Virus record (IMG/VR): IMGVR_UViG_3300014720_000001
Location: 124,001-188,000 of that record
DNA: 64,000 nt
Reading direction: 5' to 3' (one strand)
The translations under genes were made by a program, and so were the position numbers. Of the stretch, positions 20,679 to 30,633 are shown piece by piece (positions within the stretch are counted from its first letter, which is position 1; each line of letters begins with the position of its first letter). A model generated the notes under the pieces. It was not told the DNA's origin and did not search any database. It saw only the letters and a list, made by a program, of their open reading frames with translations.

Positions 20679-22598
20679 TCACTGCGCCGGGGCGCCTTGG
20701 CCGTATTGTTGCGCCATAAGCATTGCGCCGCCTTGTGAGCGGGCCTGCTGCCGAATATCGTCGATGATGCTGGTGACGAGCGCGTGCATCGTCGAGTCGG
20801 ACCGCTTGAGCTTGATTAGCTCCGAGTCTTTTACAGACTCAGGCATAGACAGCAGCTGGTTAGCAATAAGCTGCGCTTGCTGCTGTAGATCTTCCGGCGT
20901 GCGCGGTACGTTCGGCGAGTTCTGCCGCTGGGCAAGAAACTGATCGACAGGGCTGGGCGCCTGCCCGGGCATGCCGCCGGCCGGAGCTGCCCCGGGTGCG
21001 CCACCCTGCGGCATCCCTGTTGCTCCGGCACCGGTGTCACCAACACCCGCGGCCATATCGGGCGCTTGACTCATGTCTTTCATCTGCTGCGCCTGCTGCA
21101 TTTCGGCCTGCATGCGCTCCTGCTCTTCCGCGTAGATCTTCTCTTCTTCGAGCATCTGCTTGATTTCGTCGCGGTAGTCCAGACCCACGCTGGAGAGGCC
21201 CGTGCTCTTGCTGATCTGCTGACCCTGCATGAGCTGCAGCTTGGCCATCTGACGGTTGAGATCGTCAGCGTGTGTGACGCGCTGTAACTTGGCGCCCACC
21301 GGCTCCCACGACATAACGCGCGAGACAGACGACACTAACTCGCTTAAAAACAGATTGAGATTGTGCGGGAGGTGACTCCAGTTGGCCTCGAACAGCCGCA
21401 GCGCTGCCGGAGCAGCCTGTAGCGTCAGCGTCCCGTTAAATAGCTCGACGGGCATGCCAATGCACTTCAGTAACGTTTCGAGGCCCTGATCCAATAGGTC
21501 GCGCGGGGCGAGCTGCGAGGCGTCGCCGCCAAGAGCCTGATACTGCACAGGAAACGGCAGGATGTTCCAGCGCGCCGGGTCGGTTCGGCGAGCGCGAATC
21601 ATCGCATTTACGCGCGCCGTAAAGCTCGACAAGTTAATTGAGTGCACCGGGTCTGACGACTGCGCGTCGCCGCCGCGGGGCATGGGCGTGATCACGCGAA
21701 ACGGAATCACGTAATCGAGCGCGACAGCTTCGTTGTAGCGCTTGAGAATCTGGTAGTACCACGCTTCGCGGAAATTCGCGAGTACGCGCGAGATGCCCCA
21801 GCCGCGATTTCGCATGCCGGCCAGCGCGTCTTCTTTCAGGTGAAAGATAATGCCCTTGTCAAATAACAAATTCTGGCCGTTCTTGATCGCTTGGATAACT
21901 TCCCAGCTGGCGCGCTCAAGATGATGAAGATGACCCTGTTTGATCAGCGTGCGATAGTCTTCAGGAATCTTCCATACGTACGAACACTCGCCGGTATAGG
22001 GATCCCACAAGATATCAATTTCGTGCGGACTCCAACGCTTGACTGTAATGTGGCCTGTGTCTCCGCTGCGTCGGTCAACGTGCTTCCACGGACCGACGTA
22101 TTTGCAATTTGGGCAGGTAGCGTGAAACTGAAAGTTCTGCCACGAGAACGCGCAGGCTTCAGAATTCACGACTCGGTCCAGCGGCATTTCAAAGCCGCAG
22201 CGGGCGCAGAACAGATAGCGCCGAAACGGAACGATCAAACTAGTGAAAGAATTACCGTAGGTCATGTAATCCATGCCTACAGTTTTCAATACGTTTTGTA
22301 TGCTGAGCGTGTCGGCAATGAACGTCTGGTATTTATCTTTCTCTTCGCGGCCTGTCTTATTCTCGCCAACGTCGTAAATTTCAACGTCCGTGATGAAGTA
22401 AGACACAACGCGATCAATGGCCTGCCGATACGGGCCATTCGCGTTCATGATGTATTCTGTCCACCGTAGAGCAGTCTGAATGCTCTCCGGCATTGACAGG
22501 CTGGCTACGTCACAGAACGGGTCGGGAAATCGCTCGTCGGCTTGTACGCCGCGGCCGAGCGAGTTGTAACCCATAGAAGCAGCGGGTAAGAGCGTCAC
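20679..22598 (-). CDS. Probable portal protein with Zn-ribbon insertion
   Basis: 639 aa; RQAIDRVVSY, YGNSF, IFHLK...WGIS, YQALGG, IGMPVELFNG, then coiled-coil and low-complexity Q/P/G tail, consistent with large-phage portals; CxxC...CPxC insert. Confidence 0.6.
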   Translation of the reverse strand: MTLLPAASMGYNSLGRGVQADERFPDPFCDVASLSMPESIQTALRWTEYIMNANGPYRQAIDRVVSYFITDVEIYDVGENKTGREEKDKYQTFIADTLSIQNVLKTVGMDYMTYGNSFTSLIVPFRRYLFCARCGFEMPLDRVVNSEACAFSWQNFQFHATCPNCKYVGPWKHVDRRSGDTGHITVKRWSPHEIDILWDPYTGECSYVWKIPEDYRTLIKQGHLHHLERASWEVIQAIKNGQNLLFDKGIIFHLKEDALAGMRNRGWGISRVLANFREAWYYQILKRYNEAVALDYVIPFRVITPMPRGGDAQSSDPVHSINLSSFTARVNAMIRARRTDPARWNILPFPVQYQALGGDASQLAPRDLLDQGLETLLKCIGMPVELFNGTLTLQAAPAALRLFEANWSHLPHNLNLFLSELVSSVSRVMSWEPVGAKLQRVTHADDLNRQMAKLQLMQGQQISKSTGLSSVGLDYRDEIKQMLEEEKIYAEEQERMQAEMQQAQQMKDMSQAPDMAAGVGDTGAGATGMPQGGAPGAAPAGGMPGQAPSPVDQFLAQRQNSPNVPRTPEDLQQQAQLIANQLLSMPESVKDSELIKLKRSDSTMHALVTSIIDDIRQQARSQGGAMLMAQQYGQGAPAQ

Positions 22599-22610
22599 AG
22601 GCGCCTCGTG

Positions 22611-22760
22611 CTATTTAGCAGTATTTTGAACAGTGTCAGCCGCGCGTTTGCGGAAGTCACTATCAAGCGCCTGAACCTGCGCTTTCTTTTCAGCAGGCTG
22701 CGGGGCGTCCTCGTGTTCGGGAGGTGTGACGCCGGCTTTTATAACTCCACACTTTTCCAT
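22611..22760 (-). CDS. 49-aa hypothetical protein
   Basis: Read by hand: MEKCGVIKAGVTPPEHEDAPQPAEKKAQVQALDSDFRKRAADTVQNTAK*; fills the gap exactly. Confidence 0.55.
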   Translation of the reverse strand: MEKCGVIKAGVTPPEHEDAPQPAEKKAQVQALDSDFRKRAADTVQNTAK

Positions 22761-22763
22761 GGT

Positions 22764-23687
22764 TTAAGCCTCGTCGTAATTTGCGCGAATAGCACGCTCA
22801 ACGAGTAAAACACAGTACTCGCGGTTATCATAAACATACTGAAATCCCGTCGTATGAACAAGGTATAGTCGGCGGTCGTCACTGATTTGTACAGCCCACG
22901 GACGCTGATATGGATCGTTTGACGGCGGAAACCAGCGCGCGGCATTTTGTTCAAAACGCAGGTCGTAAATTAACACGATGAAACCGGCCTCCTCGATACT
23001 GTCCGGGGAGACCTGCGCAACTGACACAATTACGTCGTGAAAAAACGCCGGAACTGTGCCAATTCCCTCTTTTTCAAAGTACAGCAGTTTTTGCGGCGGC
23101 CCGGCTTTGTGTGCGGTCGCTGCGGCTGTCGGTACCGGATTGTTGGACTGCTTTTTTAACCCAAACGCGGCCATCGGACTGTAATTGCGGTCGATCTTTT
23201 CAATGGGCGGCATGGCCGGCGGCGGATCTAACTCAGCCATCATGTCAGCCACCATTTGCTCCTCGTCGTCCTGCGTTTCAAGCGGCAGTGGCGTTGTTGC
23301 AGGCACGGGCTTTTTCGCACGCACAACAGGTACACGCTGCACGCCAGCTTTTTCCATTTTCGACAGCTCTTCAAAAACCATCGCTGCTCTCTCCCTGATG
23401 GAATTAATATCATTACCGACTATAGCCGCTTGCGCTGTTGCAATGGCCTGTTCGACGGCTGGGCCGGTCATCTGATCCAAGGTAAGCCCGCCGACGTTTG
23501 CGCCGTTCGGATCTACAACATTGATTTTGATCTTTGTGCGGTCGTGCGGGTTGAAATTAATCGGAATACCGCCGGGCGTCGCGGGGGCTACAATCACGCC
23601 CTTAAGCCCCTTGCTGCCGCGCATGACGTCAAGCATCGTGCGCCCGTTTTCCATGCGCTCACTCGCCGGATCGCGATAGTCAGCCAT
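22764..23687 (-). CDS. Hypothetical protein
   Basis: 307-aa ORF with GGAG RBS. Confidence 0.7.
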   Translation of the reverse strand: MADYRDPASERMENGRTMLDVMRGSKGLKGVIVAPATPGGIPINFNPHDRTKIKINVVDPNGANVGGLTLDQMTGPAVEQAIATAQAAIVGNDINSIRERAAMVFEELSKMEKAGVQRVPVVRAKKPVPATTPLPLETQDDEEQMVADMMAELDPPPAMPPIEKIDRNYSPMAAFGLKKQSNNPVPTAAATAHKAGPPQKLLYFEKEGIGTVPAFFHDVIVSVAQVSPDSIEEAGFIVLIYDLRFEQNAARWFPPSNDPYQRPWAVQISDDRRLYLVHTTGFQYVYDNREYCVLLVERAIRANYDEA

Positions 23688-23703
23688 AAAAGCTCCAATA
23701 GCT

Positions 23704-23747
23704 AAAAAAAGGGGGCAACGAGAGGCCGAAGCCTAAACGTTGCCCCC
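23704..23747 (-). terminator. Intrinsic terminator
   Basis: 10-bp stem GGGGGCAACG/CGTTGCCCCC (23711-20/23738-47), inner AGGC-TTCG-GCCT (C(UUCG)G loop on minus), followed by T7 on minus. Confidence 0.75.
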
Positions 23748-24020
23748 GAAAGATTCTGAACTCAACTCGGGGCATACCGCGTACAGCTGCGTTTTCGGGA
23801 TATGAAAATACAGCCGGCCAAGGGGTACCCCGCCGCCGCACACTAGTTTGACGTGCTCTTCTGTGGGCAGTACTTCTGCTAGTACTTTGCCCGAGAGGAG
23901 CTGCGCTACCACTAAACCTGTTGCATTGTCGTCCGGAAAGAACGGCAACGTACACGGCGTGTCGTCGATGTTTAACAACCACGCCAACGCCGAATCTTCA
24001 GGTTTAATAAAGTAACGCAT
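23733..24020 (-). CDS. Hypothetical protein
   Basis: 95-aa ORF in the operon. Confidence 0.6.
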   Translation of the reverse strand: MRYFIKPEDSALAWLLNIDDTPCTLPFFPDDNATGLVVAQLLSGKVLAEVLPTEEHVKLVCGGGVPLGRLYFHIPKTQLYAVCPELSSESFGGNV

Positions 24021-24036
24021 GTCAACTAGCTACGGC

Positions 24037-25272
24037 TCAATGCGCAATGCGCATACGAACACTTTCCGAGCACTCAACTGCTACCGCCGAATCATCGTGC
24101 TCCGCCGGCCGGTAATTCGACCGCTTCGGAACAAAGTCGACTGGCGCCAACAGTTCGCCGCGGTAAGGGAACGGCGTGTTTTGCCACTCCTCTACCCAGT
24201 TAACCTGAATCGCGCTGAGGCGACTCAGCACTAAAGGTTTACCCGGGTTTACCGCCGCTGTAAATAGCTCCTCATCGGTCGCTTCGCGCTGCGCCCGCTT
24301 TGGAGCCTGCATCCGCAAATACGTCGCGGCTGCTGACGGCATCTGATCAATCGCCGTCTTGACATCAATTTTCACTTCCAGCGGCTGCTCCGGTGACAAC
24401 AGCGCGTCACACATCTCGCTTTCGGTCGGCTTGATATCGCCAACCTCGGCGTACATTCCGCTGAGAATGTCATCCAGAATCCACTGCGGCATCCCTTCAG
24501 CCGTCTCCAGCCCGTGCCGGGCCAGAATCTTGCCGGCCGGATTGGGTAGCGACACGGTCATATCGCTAACCGAACCAAAGGGATTCCTATCTATCGCGCC
24601 CAACACAGGCGAAAAGTCTTCAATCGCAGCGTCGTGCCTGATTGCCTTGGTTACGTCCTTTGCCGATTCTTTGGCAAGCGCAGCAACGTTAATGTAACTT
24701 TTGTTGCCGAACTCCTTAACCATGCTGTCGCGCAGCTTTCGGCGATACGTTTCAACCAGCTCGGCCGGGGCGTTCTGGACGGCCAGCGCAGTCAACTTAT
24801 CTTCGTCGATCTGCATGTGGTTACGTACCGGAACATAAACCGTCGGCCATCGGCACGGGTCGAACGCCATCGGTTCGCCCCGTCTGTCGCTGTAACCGTA
24901 GTTGCAGATGTTGTGCAACATGTCACAGCCACGCTTCGCATTGAGCTTGTGCTTGTAGTTACGTTTATTCAGCTGCGGCCCAAAGCCCTCGTACGAAATG
25001 GGCGCACGGAAGTCCCACTTGCCTAGGGTTTCAAGCCACACACGACCAGACCTGTCAGCCAGCGCCATCACTGCAGACAACGTAAGCCCGGCGTGCTGCG
25101 TAACTTCGAGCACTAACGCAGACGGACGAACACTATCACCAAATCGACGAGTCGGCGAATCGAATTTCTTACCCTCACCGGCTAGCCAGCTGACCGCTAC
25201 GAGTCCTTCGCAACGGCCGGCGACGCGATCGAACGCCGCGATAATGTCCATCTGTGTTTTCGCAATATTCAC
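24037..25272 (-). CDS. Hypothetical protein
   Basis: Long ORF; GTG at 25272 has an AAGGAG RBS (alternative ATG at 25299). Confidence 0.7.
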   Translation of the reverse strand: MNIAKTQMDIIAAFDRVAGRCEGLVAVSWLAGEGKKFDSPTRRFGDSVRPSALVLEVTQHAGLTLSAVMALADRSGRVWLETLGKWDFRAPISYEGFGPQLNKRNYKHKLNAKRGCDMLHNICNYGYSDRRGEPMAFDPCRWPTVYVPVRNHMQIDEDKLTALAVQNAPAELVETYRRKLRDSMVKEFGNKSYINVAALAKESAKDVTKAIRHDAAIEDFSPVLGAIDRNPFGSVSDMTVSLPNPAGKILARHGLETAEGMPQWILDDILSGMYAEVGDIKPTESEMCDALLSPEQPLEVKIDVKTAIDQMPSAAATYLRMQAPKRAQREATDEELFTAAVNPGKPLVLSRLSAIQVNWVEEWQNTPFPYRGELLAPVDFVPKRSNYRPAEHDDSAVAVECSESVRMRIAH

Positions 25273-25480
25273 TGCTAACTCCTTTTCTTGAAATACCATC
25301 CCTGTCGGATTGAGTTCCAAAGTGTTTCGACGAATATAAGGCCCACTCGTTCGGCGTTACGACAATTTCTTCGTAGTCCCCATCGGAAGTCTTGTCATAA
25401 AACTGAATAAGTGTGCGAGTTACATCTAAAACTTCTTGCCTGCGAACAGGCCGTCCTTGGAATCTCACAACGTTACGCAA
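25175..25480 (-). CDS. Hypothetical protein
   Basis: TTG start after AAGGGGGA; N-terminal part protein-like, tail overlaps the next gene. Confidence 0.45.
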   Translation of the reverse strand: MRNVVRFQGRPVRRQEVLDVTRTLIQFYDKTSDGDYEEIVVTPNEWALYSSKHFGTQSDRDGISRKGVSSEYCENTDGHYRGVRSRRRPLRRTRSGQLASR

Positions 25481-25586
25481 ACATCAGTCCCCCTTACAGC
25501 GCTATAGCTGCAGTTATTAATGCGGTCCGCGCTAAACGATAAAGCGCAGTACAATAAATATGCCAGCTTATGCCGAAAAATTTAGT

Positions 25587-26033
25587 TCAGCTGTCGGGGT
25601 CTGGCAGCACGCCGTCGAAGACGTTTAAAGAGCCGTCGTCTTCGTCAGAGAAGAAGTCGCCCGAGTTTACAGACGACTTTGACGCGGTTGGCGATTTGAT
25701 TTCTGGCGGCGCTTCTAGATGAATCGGATCAAGGCCGAGATAGCCTGTGTCATCTGGCTCTAGCTCGTCCTGCTTGATATCAAAAAGCGGAAGGTTGCCC
25801 CACGGCGTAAGAAGGTGTCGAAACGGCGGTTTAGATATCGCCAGCCGCGTGCCGGCAAAACTGAACACGCTCACATCACGATCGACTAGCTCTTTCAATC
25901 GCGCTGTTAGCTTTTCAAGGGTGTCAAACTCTTCAACCTTAAACTCGCCGTCAGCCGTGAGCATAGCCGCGTAATAACGCTGCGTCTCGATGGGGTTCGG
26001 CTTATCGGCTTCGGGCTGCGGTTGTTCAGTCAT
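25587..26033 (-). CDS. Acidic hypothetical protein
   Basis: ATG at 26033, 1 nt after the upstream stop. Confidence 0.65.
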   Translation of the reverse strand: MTEQPQPEADKPNPIETQRYYAAMLTADGEFKVEEFDTLEKLTARLKELVDRDVSVFSFAGTRLAISKPPFRHLLTPWGNLPLFDIKQDELEPDDTGYLGLDPIHLEAPPEIKSPTASKSSVNSGDFFSDEDDGSLNVFDGVLPDPDS

Positions 26034-26034
26034 G

Positions 26035-26676
26035 TTAATCTCGCATGTCCAGCGGGTCTTTGCCGTTAAAACCACTCATCGCGCCGGCCCGATAAATGCC
26101 GCGCGGTAGAGACTGCAATTTACTGGCGTCGATCTGCCGAACAACAGCCGGCGCGTTTAGTTGCGTTTCTGCGTACACAACACTCTTATTCGATATAACG
26201 CCAACGACATGCACCTCAAGGATCTGCCCTGTTTTCGACGTTGGGTCTGGAACTGTGACTGCATGCAAAAACGAGTTAGCAAACCACTGTGCTTTTGGAT
26301 TCGAGTATGCGATGCCGCCTAAGAACTCAAAGCATTCTTCCTGCCGCCGCTGATCAATGGCGTAAATCCGCTTATCCCAGTTTACGGGTCTCGACTTGCC
26401 GGGCGCGGGCATGACACCAAAGCCATAAAAGAACCGCTCATGCTCGCGCGTGAGGTCTACGGAAAACGGGCGCAGATCCCGCGACTCCGCCGGGAAGCGC
26501 GCGTCAAACTCGATTACTGGGTCGCGGTCAAAACCGCCGCGTGTAAATAACAGCGCCGGCGTAAACAGCACAAGCGGGTTGTCTCGCTGGTTAAACGCGT
26601 CGGCGCAAGAGATGGGCGCTAATGAATCAGCGCCGGTTACTTCGTCAACTTGTACAAACGTGTCAGGACGGTCCAT
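26035..26676 (-). CDS. Hypothetical protein
   Basis: 213-aa ORF in the operon. Confidence 0.65.
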   Translation of the reverse strand: MDRPDTFVQVDEVTGADSLAPISCADAFNQRDNPLVLFTPALLFTRGGFDRDPVIEFDARFPAESRDLRPFSVDLTREHERFFYGFGVMPAPGKSRPVNWDKRIYAIDQRRQEECFEFLGGIAYSNPKAQWFANSFLHAVTVPDPTSKTGQILEVHVVGVISNKSVVYAETQLNAPAVVRQIDASKLQSLPRGIYRAGAMSGFNGKDPLDMRD

Positions 26677-26685
26677 ACCGCAGCG

Positions 26686-27324
26686 TCATTTTTTAGCGTG
26701 GGTCAACCCGGCGTTGGTTGTTTGAATTAACAGCAGCAGCACAAACGCGGCGTCCACCACGTTGTCGATGCCGGTTGATTTGTATTTCGCTGAGTCAAAC
26801 GCCGCGCCAAGAGATTTGTTAGCCGCCGAAATCATGTCTTCTTTGCTGGCCTTGCCGTTTCCGGTAGCAAATTTTTTGATCGTACTGATAGCAAAACCAG
26901 TAGATATCAGATCCGCTTCTTCAGCCCACGTCGCTACCGTCACTTTCATACCACCCAAAACTTCAGACGCCGTCGCGACTCTAGACAAAACAGCGGGGAT
27001 CCCAAACTTCTTGTTTACAAAGAACTCGCGCGGCGGTGTGTATTTTACATCTTCGTAGCCGATAACGTCAGCCGCAACCGTGTTCAGAAAAGCCCGCAGC
27101 CGCACAAATCTAGACGCGCCAGATTCTAAGCCCTGTACAGACAAATCCCACTGAAACAGCTGCAGCTTTTCCTGCAGCATTTTTTTACCGGGGATGAAGT
27201 CGTAAACCGCGACCCCACAGTTACTGCCTAAGTCGAGCCCAAGGAACCGAATCGCGTCTGCCGGCTTTTTATCCAGCTTTGCCCCAAATTGCTTGGGGTC
27301 TTTGTACATCCTGTACTTGGGCAC
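26686..27324 (-). CDS. ruvC: RuvC-like Holliday junction resolvase
   Basis: FLGLDLG (D), IGYEDV (E), IKKFATGNGKASKEDM, DNVVDA (D..D). Confidence 0.85.
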   Translation of the reverse strand: MPKYRMYKDPKQFGAKLDKKPADAIRFLGLDLGSNCGVAVYDFIPGKKMLQEKLQLFQWDLSVQGLESGASRFVRLRAFLNTVAADVIGYEDVKYTPPREFFVNKKFGIPAVLSRVATASEVLGGMKVTVATWAEEADLISTGFAISTIKKFATGNGKASKEDMISAANKSLGAAFDSAKYKSTGIDNVVDAAFVLLLLIQTTNAGLTHAKK

Positions 27325-27337
27325 GCAGCGCTCCTAA

Positions 27338-28012
27338 CTATTTCGGACCGGGGTAGTCAGTTTGCTTACCACACCAAGCAACTAAACGCCGCCACAACGA
27401 CGGCTTAGTTTGTTTCGCCGCGGCGATGAGGGCGGCGGCTTCGCTGAGTTTTGCGTGAACGTCCTGTAACTCCTTATACACCACGTTGAGCCGAGTCTGC
27501 AATACGTCGTTTTGCATTTTCAAATGCTCGGCCATGAAGTTGGCGTTGTAAGTCGGCGTACCATTGCGCGCGGCAAACTCAACAACTGTAGCGGCAAAGC
27601 GAGCCATACCGCCGGCAGCAGGCGACTCTTCACCGATTACAGATACCTCGCGCACACCCTTGAACCACGCAGCGCAGAACACTTCGCCGATCGCTGCAAA
27701 CAACGCAAGCCGAACAGGATATCTAAAAGAAAAAAAGTCGCGACGGTTTAGCGCCTGCTCAAACGTTCGCACCGGATCTGCGCCGTTCACGAAGTCGCGC
27801 TGCGCTGCAGCCAACGCTTCCGCGATTTTGACGATCTCGTCCTGCGAAATGTTGTGCTCTTCGTACCATTTCGCGGCGTCGTCTGTGCGGGCTGCCGGGT
27901 CAAGGTTTTCAATCGCACGCACCATCAGTGTTGGCGTGACATAGGCGTAATCCCGCTCGGGGTTGTACAGCGGGCCGCTATCGCCCTTTTGTCGATAACC
28001 AATGCTGCTCAT
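27338..28012 (-). CDS. Hypothetical protein with C-terminal coiled coil
   Basis: 224-aa ORF. Confidence 0.65.
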   Translation of the reverse strand: MSSIGYRQKGDSGPLYNPERDYAYVTPTLMVRAIENLDPAARTDDAAKWYEEHNISQDEIVKIAEALAAAQRDFVNGADPVRTFEQALNRRDFFSFRYPVRLALFAAIGEVFCAAWFKGVREVSVIGEESPAAGGMARFAATVVEFAARNGTPTYNANFMAEHLKMQNDVLQTRLNVVYKELQDVHAKLSEAAALIAAAKQTKPSLWRRLVAWCGKQTDYPGPK

Positions 28013-28024
28013 AAACGTCCTTTC

Positions 28025-28876
28025 TCAATGAGCGGACTCTGCCGGCCGCGAGGCCGTATGTTTACAACGTACGCAAAGCACGCCGCCGTCTTGTGGGTCA
28101 AAAAATGCCTCTGTCTGACAACCGTCGCAATGGCGTGTGACATAAGTGCGCGTATGGGTCGCAAAAGCGCACTGATCAGTGCCGAGCCAGCAGTGCACGC
28201 ACGAATGTTCGTACGCGTCAGGGCACGGTCTGGCGCGAGTGCGAACTTCGATGAGCGCACGATTGTGCTGAAACATACTGCTGCTGACGCTGACCTTAGA
28301 AAACGCTGGCGTCTCGCGGCTCCGCTCCGCCTCTACATGCGCGAAAAATAGCAGATGCAAAAAGTGCATTGCCGTCGTATACGGGTACGCGCCCCACGGA
28401 GCAGAAAACCCCAACGACTGCGAAATAGCCCGACAACTATTCTGCGAAAAAAACTGATTAAACGTCATCGGACACGGGGAACCGCCGATTGCCCGACATT
28501 CCAGCATGTACCCCTGCATCGTCTTACGTTTATACGGACGAACGCTTTCAACACGGACCGGAACAAGCTCGTCTTCCAGCTGGCGCGTCCACGGTAAAAC
28601 CGGCATGCCGGCTTTCAGTTTTTCGAGATTCCCGGCCAGCCGCCAAGCCAGCGCGTACGCGGCTTGTCGAGTCAACCGAGTACCGGCTAACGCGCGAATA
28701 GAGTCAAACAGCGCTGGCTGTGACACCGCCGCTGGTAACTCGGCTAACACGTCGCGACAAACGTCGCGCAACGTGTCGCCGGAAATAACAGCGTCGATAT
28801 ACGGCCGGAGCGATTGTTCTGCTAACCGGTCACGATATTTGCGAAGCCGCGCATAACTAAACGCTGGGCGTGTCAT
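28025..28876 (-). CDS. Hypothetical protein with Cys-rich (Zn-binding) C-terminus
   Basis: CP...CVHC...C...CDGC...CVRC; start reset to MTRPAF. Confidence 0.65.
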   Translation of the reverse strand: MTRPAFSYARLRKYRDRLAEQSLRPYIDAVISGDTLRDVCRDVLAELPAAVSQPALFDSIRALAGTRLTRQAAYALAWRLAGNLEKLKAGMPVLPWTRQLEDELVPVRVESVRPYKRKTMQGYMLECRAIGGSPCPMTFNQFFSQNSCRAISQSLGFSAPWGAYPYTTAMHFLHLLFFAHVEAERSRETPAFSKVSVSSSMFQHNRALIEVRTRARPCPDAYEHSCVHCWLGTDQCAFATHTRTYVTRHCDGCQTEAFFDPQDGGVLCVRCKHTASRPAESAH

Positions 28877-29498
28877 TGACGCCTCGCAGCGTGATATCGG
28901 CCGGCGTAACAGGCGCGGCGGATTCGGCCGGCGCTGTGGTGATCGCGCCAGACTCGCCGCCGCGCGCCACAATCTTGCGATCAGGATTGTTAGCCTCCCA
29001 CTGCTGCCGCGCCTTGGTGCAGGTCGTCTCAGCAGAGGTTGCCGTCTCTTTTACCGCCAGCGCTTCCTGCTCCAGCGACAAAATGATCGTACCCAGCTCA
29101 CTCGACAGCAGGTTTGCAATGTCGCCGACGCATACCACGTTTTTGATATGAGCGACCACCGGGTCTGCTTCTTTGCCGTCCTTCACGGGGCGAAACGTGA
29201 TCGCGATGTCTTCGATCTTAATGCTGGCAGGGACGGGCTCGCTCATCGACTTACCGTTGAGTTCCGCCCCTAGCTGGCGCAACGCATTGAAGCGCGTATA
29301 CAGATCTTCCATGCGCGCTGCCGCTTCTTTGATCAATTCAGATGGGTTAACCCGAATTGTCTGCGGTTGCGAAGCAGCCATTTGCAGCGCCTTCGCGAGA
29401 GAGGACGCGTCCATTTTGATCGGCACGGTTACGTTCGTCGTGCCCAGCGTATTCGGGGTCTCTGACTTGACCGCGTCTACAATCGTCGTTTTTGTCAT
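28857..29498 (-). CDS. Hypothetical protein
   Basis: ATG at 29498 with AAGGA RBS. Confidence 0.65.
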   Translation of the reverse strand: MTKTTIVDAVKSETPNTLGTTNVTVPIKMDASSLAKALQMAASQPQTIRVNPSELIKEAAARMEDLYTRFNALRQLGAELNGKSMSEPVPASIKIEDIAITFRPVKDGKEADPVVAHIKNVVCVGDIANLLSSELGTIILSLEQEALAVKETATSAETTCTKARQQWEANNPDRKIVARGGESGAITTAPAESAAPVTPADITLRGVNDTPSV

Positions 29499-29508
29499 TG
29501 CTTTGTCC

Positions 29509-29913
29509 TTAAAGAAGTTTGACTGCGAAACCAAACCAATACCGTAAACCACTGTTCAATCCGGTGTCGGGATCATACAGCAGCTCTACGGGATTACCAG
29601 TCGCGATATAAAAATGGCGAACGGGGCCGGGAAGATAACCCGCGCAGGCTAGACCGACCTGTAGCATAAACGCCATTGCCAAGTCAGCCCGCGGACTCAA
29701 ATCGTACGAAAAAAGCGGAATGCGTAAATACTCGTCGTGCTCGGAAAATGACCACGTGGGCTGCTCGCCGGGGTTGTACGCGGCATCCAAAATATGCCAC
29801 CGCGAGCCCCCTACCGCCTCGACGGGTTTGACTAGTGCCGGCGCGAACGGGACGCCTTCCGGCCAGTTGTCCCGCGTTTTTTTCATATCTAAACGGTCAA
29901 CAGAAATTTTCAT
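29509..29913 (-). CDS. Hypothetical protein
   Basis: ATGA-coupled to the upstream gene. Confidence 0.65.
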   Translation of the reverse strand: MKISVDRLDMKKTRDNWPEGVPFAPALVKPVEAVGGSRWHILDAAYNPGEQPTWSFSEHDEYLRIPLFSYDLSPRADLAMAFMLQVGLACAGYLPGPVRHFYIATGNPVELLYDPDTGLNSGLRYWFGFAVKLL

Positions 29914-30608
29914 GCTGTCATCGTCCTCGGTTCAGCGGCTTCGACACCCGCTGAATTTACATTGATTTTGACGCCTTCCCGAAAATGACAAAACCGAATG
30001 TCCTGATGTTTGAAAGCGGCGCCGAGAATCCGGTCGCCATGTTTTTGCTTAAAGTCGGGCGGTGGAAAATCAAACCGCTGCAGTAATTCGGTTTTAATAG
30101 CCCACCAGCCGCCGATGACATACGGCAGGTACGTTTTTTCAAAAGCCGGGTTAAACCACGGCTGCTGCGTTAACCAGTCAAGCTGCTCGTCGGGAAGTTT
30201 GGCGCGCTCTACAGACCCCACAAGATTGCAACCGTTCACGTTAGTCGTTACGCGGGCAAACCAGTTGTGTACGTCGTCCATCGGCTCTAGGTACGAGTCG
30301 TGATCGAACCACATCGTAATCGGCGCGCGGATAGGAGGCGCGTAAAACATCCGGCGCATCATCGGATATTTCATCAGGTTTTCGGCGCTGTGAAATACTG
30401 TTGCCGTATGAAAGTGGTCGGCAATCTGCTGCACAAGAAACCGGGTCGTGTCTGGCCCGACGGCATTACAGCCAAACCGAAACTCAACGTTTTGTTTGGC
30501 TAACTCGCGCATAGGTTCGTTAAGAACGCGCTGCGCCAGTTGAAAATGCTGGTCCTCTGCGCCGTAAAACAAAACGCAGATACAGACCGGTGCGGCTCCT
30601 TCCGCCAT
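29910..30608 (-). CDS. GT-A (GT2-like) glycosyltransferase-fold protein
   Basis: ICVLFYG, MWFDHDSY (DxD), GGWWAIKTELL, GDRILG. Confidence 0.6.
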   Translation of the reverse strand: MAEGAAPVCICVLFYGAEDQHFQLAQRVLNEPMRELAKQNVEFRFGCNAVGPDTTRFLVQQIADHFHTATVFHSAENLMKYPMMRRMFYAPPIRAPITMWFDHDSYLEPMDDVHNWFARVTTNVNGCNLVGSVERAKLPDEQLDWLTQQPWFNPAFEKTYLPYVIGGWWAIKTELLQRFDFPPPDFKQKHGDRILGAAFKHQDIRFCHFREGVKINVNSAGVEAAEPRTMTA

Positions 30609-30633
30609 ACACGACTCCGTTCTATTCCGGTAA

